Below, piece after piece: positions 35,504 to 45,850 of a DNA stretch of 64,000 nt. Position 1 is the first letter of the stretch, and every line of letters begins with the position of its first letter. The translations under genes and the position numbers were made by a program. The notes under the pieces are model-generated. The model was not told where the DNA came from. It did not search any database and was given only the letters and a program-made list of their open reading frames with translations. The DNA lies in the NCBI GenBank assembly GCA_013239625.1, contig MU053934.1, forward strand, positions 11,447,003 to 11,511,002, given 5' to 3'. The stretch comes from Lama guanicoe. Its lineage: Eukaryota.

Positions 35504-38269
35504 AAAGAAAACAGATAAATAAATAAATTAAATGCCACATCTTCAAAACAAAAAAGGGCCCGCTTTGCATGCACTCGCTGGCTGCGTGGCGGGAGTGGGG
35601 AGCAGCCACAGGTGGCACGTGAGGCACGGGCTGGCTTCTGGGCGCTTACGTCCCGGCGGTCGGGGGGACCAGTCTCACGACCACATGACCAGGTCGCTCA
35701 CCCATCTCAGTGGTTATTTCCTATCGTTCATCTGTCACGTGCTGTCTGCCTGGCGTTTGGACCTGGGCCTGGCCTTCGATATCAGCCCGTGGGTGGGACA
35801 GTCAGTCCCTGCTCAGCGTTAACAGCAAACCCACAGGCACGAAAGGATGAAGTCCTGCTGAGGGCTTGGAGGGACAAGGACAGGGAAGCTCCAAGGTAAG
35901 AACGTGTGGAGGAGAGGTCGTGCCCCGTGGAGGACAGACATCAGCCCTGGCCAAGGTGCTGACACTCACAGGGGCCGGAGGGAGCCCACCAGGTGAGCAC
36001 CCTGAAAGGAGGGGGGGGCCCTGACCCAGGCTGGGTCTGGGAGCAAGTGCGAGAAAGTCGCGTCCTACAGCAGCTCAGCGCACGCGCCCAGCCTCAGCGC
36101 TCGGACCACTGGGGCCCTGTCCCGTCCAGCCCAGGGTGCGCCTGGTTCTTCCTGCTCCCCGTCACCTCCTCACCCACGGACATGCACTGACGCAGACGCC
36201 GTCCCAGCCCGCCTGCCTCTGGGGGAGGCGCTGAGAGGACCAGGACTCCAGTCCCGCGTGGGGTTGCTCTCAGAGGGGCAGGGCCGCGCCATCAGTGTCC
36301 AGGCCGCTGGGGCCCGGCAGAGGCGCATGGGTGGGCACGTGGCAGACAGGACCTCAGTCACCCCCTTCAGCCCTCCCGGCCTTCGCTGTCTGCCAGGACA
36401 CCCGGCCCAGGCCGACCCCCAGCTCCTCTGCACGGAAGCTCTTTGCACCATTGTGTAAATATTTGTGTGTTGCCCATGCAGACACTGCAGGTGTCACGTA
36501 TGCCTTTCAATAGGGACGCTTTACCCAAGTACCCCCGAATCACCGCCAGAGGCACCCAGGCTGCACCTTAGCAGCCAAGCGTGGACGCAGCCATGCGCGG
36601 CCCCCGTGTTCTGCTCTCCGATGCGAGGCAGGGTAGGGTGTGGGGGCCCCGGGGGCGCTGCCGTCCAGAGCCCAGGGTGGGCTTCCAGCTCCGCCCCTTC
36701 CCTGGGCGTTGCCAGACCACAGCCCCAGTGTCCTAGCCCTGGAGACGGCCAAGGCAGCCCTGGGGCCGTGCTGAGCATTGAATATCCGACAAAGGACAGC
36801 GCAGGGCCTGCATCCGTGGTCCTGGAAGGCGGCAGCGCCTGCTGTCTCTGCGGAAAGTTGTCCGATCGACCAGGCTTGGCCCCATTCAGCACCATCAGGG
36901 AAGCCTGAGGCTTCAAATTCAAGAAGGCTGTGAGGTGCATGTGCACATGTGTGCACACACGTGACACGTGTTGGTGGCAGCACGTGTGTGATGGACGAGG
37001 ATGCTCAGGGATTTGAGACACGGTCTCCCCTGCCTCGGAGCAACCACGTTCTGCCCAACGGGCGGGCTGTGCATCTAACACGGCTCTTAGCAGCCACTTT
37101 CCCTGTTGGCAAAGCTCAGAAATGTCACTTCCTCTGTTAGAAAATGACAATCCGGCTGCAAGGAACGCTGTGGCCGGTGGAACACCCTGGGGAGGGCGGT
37201 TATGTGCCGCGTCCCTCATGGGCACCGTGGACTCTGAAACTTGCTGGGAAAAAACGGGAAGAAATGAGGACCACTCTCCTCGCCCCAGTGTGCCCCAGCG
37301 CCGTGGGCGCCAGAACAGGTCTGCTCCCAGAAGGACCAGACCCCGGGGCGCAGGGCGGGGGGCAGACGTTGCCCCAGGGGAGCAGTTCCAGCAAAGCAGG
37401 CAGCGGTTTCCACCTGAAGCCCAGTGCCCGCGTGAGTGTGTGCGTGTGAGGGGGGTGCGGGGAGGGAGGGACGGAGGCCGGCGGCATTTGCCTCTTATCT
37501 CTAACGGGCTCAGATCTGGGCGCATGAATCTGGCGCCGACTGGCCCGCTGGGGCTGAAGTTCGCACTGGCGGTGGGGCCCCCCACGCCCCCTGTGCTGCC
37601 TGAGACGGGCCTGTCCTCGCCCCCACGTGAGTCATGATGCAGGTGTGCCCGCGGGTCCCTGTGCCCCAGACCTGGGCAGAGGACACAGCTGGCCTCACTG
37701 GACGCCTGGACTCTCGCGGACCTTTCCTGGGAAGATGGGGGTGGCTCTTGGTGCCACCAGTGACAAGTCTGGGTAGGAACCAAAGGCGGGCCCAGCAGAG
37801 TGTGGCCTCCTGACGGCTGGCTGGCCTCTGCAGAGCGAGGGAACCGTGCTCTGTAAAGCCGGCCGCTGGCCTGGTCTTCTCTCTGGGACTCCAGGCCCCC
37901 GGTCTCAGGCGGCGGGACGGGGTCTTCGGCTCGCCCTGGAGGGACCTCATGGGTGGGTGTCAGCCCTGCAGGGGATGAGCCAGGCGGGTGAGTGTCCAGG
38001 AGCTCAGGCGCCTCCAATCTAGAAACTTCTCTGAGGTCGTGGTTCCTGCTGGTGGGTTCATAGAGGGAGGAGAGGTGAGGCCACTCAGGCTGCAGCCAGA
38101 GCTGTCTCCCTTCAGCCCCAGCAGGGGACCAGGGACCAGGGAAGCGAGGCAGGGACCAGGATGACAGCATGAGGCCCCCCCACCATCGGATAGGCCAGCC
38201 CCATGGGGTTGGGATGCTCCTGGCCGAGGAGGTGGGCTAGCCCGGCAGGAGTCTGGGTTAGGCTCTGGG

Positions 38270-38682
38270 TACCAGTTTCTTGAAGCTGCTGCAACGAAGC
38301 ACCGCGAACTGGGGGCCTTAAAGGAACAGAAATTCATTCTCCCACAGTCAGGAAGCCAGAGTCCCAGGCCAAGGTGTGGGCAGGGCCATGCTCTCTCTGA
38401 TCCCCCGGAAGAGGGTCCTGCCCATCTCTTCCAGCTTCTCACATCCCCGGGTGCTCCTGGACCGTAGCCACACCACTCCAGACTCCCGGGGGCCCCTCCC
38501 TCTTCCCGGGGCCCCTCCCTCTCCTGCCTCTGATAAGGACACTGGTCGTGGGATTAGGGCTCAGCCTGACCCAGGACGACCGCATCTTGAGGTTACATCT
38601 GCAAGAACCCCTTTCCCAAACAAAGCCACCTTCACAGTTTCGGGGGGGCTGTATCTTCGGGGCCCCCACTCAGCCCCCACGT
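38270..38682 (-). mobile_element. MLT1B/C-like MaLR LTR
   Basis: 'gctgctgcaacgaagcaccgcgaactgggggccttaaaggaacagaaattcattctcccacag...aaggtgtgggcagggccatgctc...taaggacactggtc...ggattagggctc...ttacatctgcaagaacccctttcccaaacaaag'. Confidence 0.88.
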
Positions 38683-40199
38683 GGCACATGAGCTATGCAC
38701 CTTGAGAGAGCCAGTCCTGCATCCTCTCTGCTTCCTGCTCTGGAAATGGCCACAAATAGCGTCCCAGGCCGGCTCGCAGGGAGGACGGCCCCCAGCAAGG
38801 GGCTGCTGGGTTTCCATGACCGTGGACGTTCCCAGAGGGTTCTGGATGTGCTTGGGATTTCCTTTGCCAGAAACAAGAGTCCAGGGGGTGCTGGGAGCTA
38901 CGCCGTCTCCATTCCGTCTGTGGGAAGGCTGCCTCACCGCCCTGCTGCGGAGGGACAAGGGGCGAGCGGGACTGGGGGCTGGGGGAGGGGCTTTTGACAA
39001 GTGTGTGTGTCCCGAGATGGCGTCTGTCTCCGTCCGGACATGCCCAGTGCTGGACGGATGGCCATTCAGAACGTCCTGCAGGGACAGTCATTCTGACTGG
39101 GTGCCAGCTGCCTGTCCGCCCTGTAGGTCAGATCGGAAAGGAACGAGAAAAACACTAAATACCCAAACTTGGCATCCGCCGTGAGCATTAGATGCTTTGG
39201 ATATTGTACAACCTTGTTTTGCAAGTGATGCCAGGAGGGTCCGGGAGCTGCCCGCGTGCCGGCCCCGGGGCTCCAGCTGCAGAACGTTTCTACTGCTTCT
39301 CCTCCTCCCGCCGCCCTGGGGTCCCTCCGACTGCACTGCACACCCAGGATGCCATTTCTGCACCGCGGTCTTACTGTTCTTTCCTGAGCAGCGCTTTCTG
39401 CTCTGCAGGTTTGCGAGCTCCCAGCCGAGCCTGGGGAGGGGGCGCAGCTCAGGGGGGCTCAGGACACTCCTAGGAAACCTGCGTGGGGAGCGTAGATTTG
39501 GAAGACCCCCCCAAACCTGAGCACAGAGACCAGCCCCCCCCAGCCGGCCCTCGGAGGAGGGCACCGGGGGCACTGCTGCCTGCCCTTAGACGCCGAACGG
39601 CGGCGCTCCCCGGGGCCTCCCTGGAACGGGGCCTCACCACTGCCCGCAGGGCGCTGCTGGTCGGGGGCTGTCCTCAGGCTGACGTGGCTGGGGTGACCTG
39701 CAGACCGCAAGCCCCGGGCCCTGAGGCCGGGCAGCCCCTCCTCGACGTGGCGGTCAGCCTTGCCGGAGGGTTTCCTGACAGCAGGTGCTTAGCTGGAGAC
39801 CTGCTCTGTTACATCAGGAACCCTTCTTGGGATCTTTCTGTGAAGCTGGTGCAGGCCCCCAAAAGCAGGCGACCGGGGAAGGGCCTCTCCTGAGGGCTGT
39901 GGGCCGGGCGGGGGCCTGCGCCTGTCAGTCTGGAGGGGCCTGGGGCACAGGGCTGGCCTGCTGCTGCCGTTTGTCGCTGCTGTCACCACGTGGACAGGGG
40001 GTTCTCTGTGAGATGAAGCCCTCCCCAGGGCTGGTCACACCAGCCTTGCTGGGTCCCGGTGTGGGTCCCAGCCCCTGAAGCCCCACACAGTGCTCCTGGC
40101 TCCCTGTGGATGGCTGTCCTCTGCCCCAGATGGAGACCTGGGCTGGGGTCCCTAGGTGGGTGGCCGCTGCATCTTGCCTTGAGCCCAGAGGAGGCCGGT

Positions 40200-40625
40200 T
40201 TGGTTCTCCCCTGCACCTCCCGCTGGTGCTCCCTCTTCCCTCAGAGCTGTGTCCCAGAGCCTCCGGGCCTGGACGTGCCTCAGGGCCTTTGCACCGCTGT
40301 AAACTCCCCAGAGGCGTCTTATTCTCCTGTTGTTTGCGTGTCCACTCCAGCCTTCATCCTGCACAATTTACTCTCTGGGAAGCCCCTCACTCACCCGTCC
40401 ATGTCCAGAATCCAACCACAGGCCTCCTCTCCCTTCCCTCCTGCTTTGTTCCCTCCTAGCTGCCATCTAAAGAGCTGTCTCCTCCAGGGTTTACTTCGTC
40501 CAGGCTCTGCCCCTCCTCTTGAAGGGAACCCTCCTGAGGGTGGGGTTCTGCTCCTTTTTGCTCACGACTGGGTTCCCTGCCTCAGAACAGGGCTGGTGCA
40601 CAGTAAGAACCCTAGGATGTGGTGG
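40200..40625 (+). mobile_element. L2 (L2a-like) 3' fragment
   Basis: 'gcctcagggcctttgcaccgctg' and 'ttgctcacgactg...cctcagaacagggctggtgcacagtaag' match the L2 3' consensus. Confidence 0.7.
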
Positions 40626-40879
40626 AGGACGGAGCAGGAGGGAGCGGGGAGGGAGGAGAGGGGAGGATGGAGCGGGAGGGAGCGGTGAGGGAGTGGGGAG
40701 GCAAAGGACCCCGGCACTGCTGCTGACCTGGAGCCAACACGCTTCAGGCTTCAGTGCGGAGTGTGAGCCGGCCTCTGCCCACCCGACAGAGCCCAGGACC
40801 CAGAGCCCCGGCGTGCCTGCCACCTCTGCCAGCCGGCCGTCTGGGAAGGGAGGGGCGGGAAGGCTCCCCAGGGCACAAG

Positions 40880-41200
40880 GGATAACTTTGTTAAGCCGAA
40901 TCTAATTAAAGAGCAGACAACATTTAAAACCAATTTGAAGTCAATGAATGCCCCCCGCCCTCCCCCATGCATTTTAACAGCCACGACGCTGTACCTTCCA
41001 AATCCATTTTATCCTGGTTACAACAGCTCCGCTCCGTGGAAATGGTTTAATCGGCTTCGCGGCTCCTCGCAGGCAGGCGGCCTGGGGCGGGTGCTTATTC
41101 TCCAGACTCGCTAGACTGTATGAAAACAGACAGCTGTACCTGAGCCAACGGGCGTCTGTATTTGGGGCCAGAATCGAACATAAATGTCCTATTTAGGGTG
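40880..41200. promoter_or_regulatory. Candidate enhancer island with CArG box
   Basis: CTAATTAA, TCAATGAAT, TTTAATC and CCTATTTAGG (41188-41197, a perfect CC(A/T)6GG). Confidence 0.4.
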
Positions 41201-41905
41201 CCTGGCCAGACTTCTCACTTCTCCCCAAATCCCAAGTGCCAAGTCTCTCTGCACACACTGATTCTGCAGTTAGCACTCGCCTCGCTCCTCTCCTGCTGTG
41301 ACTTACAGCGGGATTTCTCTGCGGAGGAAGGCGCCTGAACGCGGGAGGCCGCTGCCTGGGCTGCGGAACCGCCCATACGTCTCACTGCGCTCTGCTTCTT
41401 CCCAGGCAGGGGGGGGGCCGCCAGGAATGGTGACCCCACAGAGAAGATCCCCCTCACTTCGGGGGACCCAGAAGGAGCATGGCCCACTCACTAGGTCACC
41501 GAACGCCTGCGAGAGGAGCAACTTTCTAAAAACAGATGTGAAATCTGAGATGTCAGAGAAGTTAGGTAAGTGGCTTAGTGCAAACCATGGTTCCGTGGGA
41601 TTCGAATCCTACTGGCCTTACCCACCCTGCTGCCTGCCTCCCAGGAGGGACTCCAGCTCTGAACCCGCTGCTTTGAAATTGCCTGTTTCCTTACTTCCGA
41701 ACAGGATAAAGCACCAGCTGATGCTGGGCACACGATACGGCGTCGGATGGTGTGCACGTTCTGGGGACGGGTCCCTGTGCCGTCACTGCTATGAAGGCCA
41801 AGCCTGGCTCGCGCGTGGCAGCGGGTCCGTGTGCAGGTGACAGCTGTCGGCTCCCGCCCGGAGAAAACACTCACGGCCAAACGGTCTGCTGCCGACTGGA
41901 GCAGA

Positions 41906-41943
41906 CGACACCCACGGCTGCGACACCCACGGCTGTGACACCC
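41906..41943. repeat. 15-bp tandem repeat, ~2.5 copies
   Basis: CGACACCCACGGCTG twice, then TGACACCC. Confidence 0.9.
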
Positions 41944-42014
41944 GCCTGCCCGCAGAGGAGGGTGGACTGGAACAGCTGCCCCTGGTTGGTTACCGCCTCC
42001 ATCCGGAGGACACA

Positions 42015-42225
42015 AGCGGTGGTCCAAGGGCCCGATCTGGCCCTCTGCCTGTTGCTGCAGATGCAGTTTGATCGGGAAACAGCCGCATCCGCTGCCTTCT
42101 TCACTGTCTGTGTCTTCTCGTTCACTGAGTCGGGACAGTCGGGTACGTGTCGCAGAGGCACGTGGCCCACAAAGCCTAAAATATTCACGTTCCGCCTCTT
42201 TAGAGAGCCGTCCGGCCTTTGGGGA
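42015..42225. mobile_element. MER58-like hAT-Charlie MITE
   Basis: 'gggcccgatctggccctctgcctgtt...gaaacagcc...cagaggcacgtggcccacaaagcctaaaatattcac...cctctttagaga' follows the MER58A consensus. Confidence 0.8.
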
Positions 42226-43034
42226 ACCAGGCCCTGTGACCCTTCACACACTCATTCATAAGGCTGTCTGACAGCCTCCACTGGGTGCTTGTATCCTGCA
42301 GAGAAAACGCCACACGTGTCGGCCTTGGGTCCCCAGAACCATCCCCGGTGAATGGCTATGGAGTGGAAGTTAAGCTGGGAGCCTGAGTTAGGAAACCAAG
42401 GAGCAGGGTGAATTCCCGGGGAAGAATGGCCCTCTTCTCCTGCGTCAGAAGCCAGACAGCAGCATCCGGAAGGCTGGGCCAGGCCCCAGCGCTGCCCCTC
42501 AGCTGGGCAGGCGGGGAGAGGCGCCCCCCTTGACCTGGGGGCTGGTGGGAGTGGACCGCAGAGCCCGGTTCCCGAGCTGCCCCGCAGGCCGCGTGCCTCC
42601 CGCACTGCCCGACGCCGCCCAGTCCTTCCGGGCTCCCAGCACAGCGAGGGGCAGAGCCGGCCCAGGGCTTGCGGACGGGAAGCCATCGAGACAGAGAGGA
42701 GGTAGCTGCCCACCTGACTCACACGTCCCTGACCAGAGCTGTCAGGACAGGAGTCGTGCGGGGGATGTCATGTGGTGTGTGAAGTTGTGAGCCCTGCCCT
42801 GTCCGTCGGGCTCAGGCTGGTGGAGAAAATGACTGTTACTCCCGGGACCTGTGTTACCTGACGTGCACCCAGCACGTCTCAGGACACCGGGGTCCCTGAC
42901 CTTGCTCTTCGAGAACCACCTCAGTTCCAAGCCAGGGGACAGTGACGGAGACCCCCCCCCACCCTTTCATCATAAAACACCCTGTGGAGATGGACATCCA
43001 CCAACGTTCAGGATAGGACTTTGGACATTCTCTG

Positions 43035-43565
43035 CCTGTTGTGTAATTACTTGATTTTGTTTGATTTTATTCACAAAATAATTAGCCTACTAAGCATCTA
43101 ATTATCGCTGAGGCATGCCTTCCCCACATCAGCGGGCACACCTCGGTGAGACGAGCAAACATCGCTGCCTCCATCTCCGGACGCAGTAACGTTGTGGAAT
43201 GAGTTATTTTCTTTTAATAAAGCAGCTCCGGATTCATCCTGCCCTGGGTGTCCACCACGCATTGTTTGTGCCTCGTTACAGTTTCAGTTGCCAGTTTCCT
43301 TTGAAAGACAACAATGTTTCCAATTGAAAGTGACTCAGGAAACAGTAACTCCAGCTCAAGGTCAAAGCTCCCCTCTAATCCCGAGTAAACAGGGTGAATC
43401 TTTTATCTCCGGTTTCTCGGAGATTAGGGCAGCCGCATTCTCTTCCGTTTATTAAAGGTGCGGATCTGAGTGTCTGCGGCAGATACCGGTCTGGAAGGCT
43501 AATTAGAGAGATGGGCAGATAAATTGGATGGTTTATAATTTATCTAATCATGAAGTCAACTCTGC
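43035..43565. promoter_or_regulatory. Candidate conserved developmental enhancer
   Basis: About 530 bp AT-rich, apparently non-repeat island with many TAATTA/CTAATTAG, CATTGTT/ACAAT (SOX), CTTTGAA (TCF), TGACTCA (AP-1) and an inverted AGATAA pair. Confidence 0.5.
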
Positions 43566-44164
43566 CCGGGGCCTGCTGTGTGTACCAGGAGCGATTTCTA
43601 TCTGTGGTGCGCTCTGATGATCCGGGAAGGGAAGCCTCTGTGGAACTGGTTGCTTCAGAAAGTTTCTGTCTGTGGCCCAGATGACCCGGCTTTTGCACCA
43701 GGCCGACCTCAGAGAGGGCCGTTCCTGCTCCTGGTCCAGCCACATCCTGGGGTGTGATCTGGGGCAGATGACCTGTCCACGTGGAGCCTCGCTTTGTGGG
43801 AAAATGCATCTAACGTGTTTTGCCTGCTGCCTGACACCTTCCCACCTGCCTGGAGGGAGTGGGCGTGGCCTGGGCCCCGGGAGCTGCCCCGCCCGCCCGC
43901 AGCTCCTTGGGACAGGGCCTCCTCCCCATTGAGCAGGTGCTGTCCCCAGGGCCTGCAGGAAGTCTGTTGGTCCTGGGGGTGCCCAGCAGGCTGGAGCCGC
44001 CCCCCAGGCACCCTGAGAGGAGTGACGACCGTTTGAGTCTCTGGATTTGGAGACACTGGTGTTTCTCTCCCTCCTGCAGGAGGAGTAACACCCCTACCCC
44101 CGCTGCCCAGCCCCCCTGCAGGGTGAGCACAGGGGCTGCCTGCACGCTGGGGTGAGGGCCCTTC

Positions 44165-44302
44165 CCTAGAGAAGATAAATCACTTTGATAGACCGATTTT
44201 TATAATCTGTCAATTGTGTAAAACCCTTTTCAATTTGGGGGGAAGGCAGAGCGGCTGAAAAATCGATCAGGAGATGAGGTCTGTCTGGAAGGAGGAATTA
44301 CC
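44165..44302. promoter_or_regulatory. Candidate PBX-HOX + MEIS composite element
   Basis: ATAAATCA (TGATTTAT on minus, 44175-44182), TTTTATA, CTGTCA (44207-44212). Confidence 0.45.
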
Positions 44303-45794
44303 AGGGGGGCCAGATGTTGGCTTTCAGAGACACCGCAGCCTGGACCCGCGGTAGGGGCCCAGCACAGGGAGGGGGACCCGAGGCTGGCCGGGGGGGTGGG
44401 TAGGCTGACCAGATGGAGCCCACCCCCTCGGCCTGGATGGCTCCCAACTGAGACCCAGAAACAGCAGCCCCTCGGCCTGGGGCCCTGAGCAGGGACAGAG
44501 AGGCTCAGCAGAGCGTTCCACCAGGACCCGAGAAAGGCTGGTGCCTCAGCTGCCTTGGGGGGCGTGCGGGGCGAGGCGGCGAACTGGCCACGGAGGGGCC
44601 CCGGCCTCAGCGGGGTCTGGCCTCACCGCTGCCTCTCAGGATGGGCGGATCTGGGGTGAAGGCGTGGTGACACGGGACATGAAGGTGTCAGCGGACTTGC
44701 TTCCTCCTCAGATGCCTGAGAAGAGGGGCGCCTCTCCCCTCCTGACTGAATGGAGACGCTGTGTCTGGTCTGTGACAGACAGTTCCCCGGGGGCAGGGGT
44801 GAGCTCCCGAGCTGGCTCCCTCCCCACAGGTGGTCCGGAGCAGGACTGCAGCTCAGGGCCTGTGCCAGGGTGGGGCCTGCTGTCTGCTGCTCCAGGTGCG
44901 GGCTGGGCTCTGGGCCACGGGTCAGGGCTCGGGAGAAGTCCAAGGAGGGGCCTGCCAGCACCCTTCAACCCAGAGGGGAGTCAGGGGTCCAACCCCAGGG
45001 TGCAAAAAAGCAGGGACCCTCCGGGCCCACCACATGGGGCACCGGGGGTGATGCTCAGCCAGGGCCTGGGGAGGAGGGGATGCTGGAGGCCAAGCAGACC
45101 CGGGGCGGAGCCAGGACCAGAGGTCCTGAGTGAGGCCCCGGCCCCAGCAGAGGTGTCCAAGCCCCCAGTAGATGAGTGAACCAAAGCTCAGGTGTGTGCA
45201 TGCAACAGGTGCCGCCCAGGGGCTCGGGGAGCCCTGGCGTGAGGTTCGGATGCCCAACGCTGGGCCTGGAGGGCAGGCAAGGGTCAACCCAGGCACAGGT
45301 ACTGTTGCTAGGTACTAGGTATTGGGCACAGGCTGCTGAGCCCTGGGTACTGGCACTGGGTTCGGGGCACCAGGTACCTGGTACAGGGCAGCGACACCAA
45401 CCCTGAGCCCCAAGGTGTCCCTGCCCTCGCTGCTCTGCTGGAGAGGGGGCCGGGGCGGGGGAGGTCCAGGTGGCTCCGCCCTCGGGGGCCCTCCTCACCA
45501 GGGGAGGCCCTGCCAGGTACCTGTGCTCAGGGCCGTGGGCCACCTTCCTTCCCCAGAGCTGAAAAGAGGGGAAAATTCGCCAGAGCTGCTTGCTGGGGTG
45601 GAGAATCTCTTCCCTGGAGCCTGGAGCACATCTGGGCCCAGACCCTGCCGTGGTGCACGGTGTCGGCTTCCCAGGCTGCCGTCTTGTCTCCTGGGAGGCG
45701 GTGGAGGCGGGGCTGCAGCTGCGCCCCCCCCCCCCCACCTCTGCAGCTGCAGCAGGGCCGCCCTCCGCCCCCCGCTCCTGTGGGACACAGAGCA

Positions 45795-45850
45795 GGATGC
45801 CTGGCCCCTCTGTGCCTTGCTTTCCCCATCTGTAAACGAGGGTGCAGCAC
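45795..45850. mobile_element. MIR fragment
   Basis: 'cccctctgtgccttgctttccccatctgtaaacgagg'. Confidence 0.6.

Noticed and set aside
36885-36905. REST left half-site TTCAGCACCA
   Set aside because: The right half GGACAG is not present at canonical spacing downstream.
36521-38170. 549-aa minus-strand ORF, the longest in the window
   Set aside because: Pro/Gly/Arg/Ser/Ala-rich with no domain. Long stop-free frames are expected at this GC content, and overlapping ORFs occur in most other frames.
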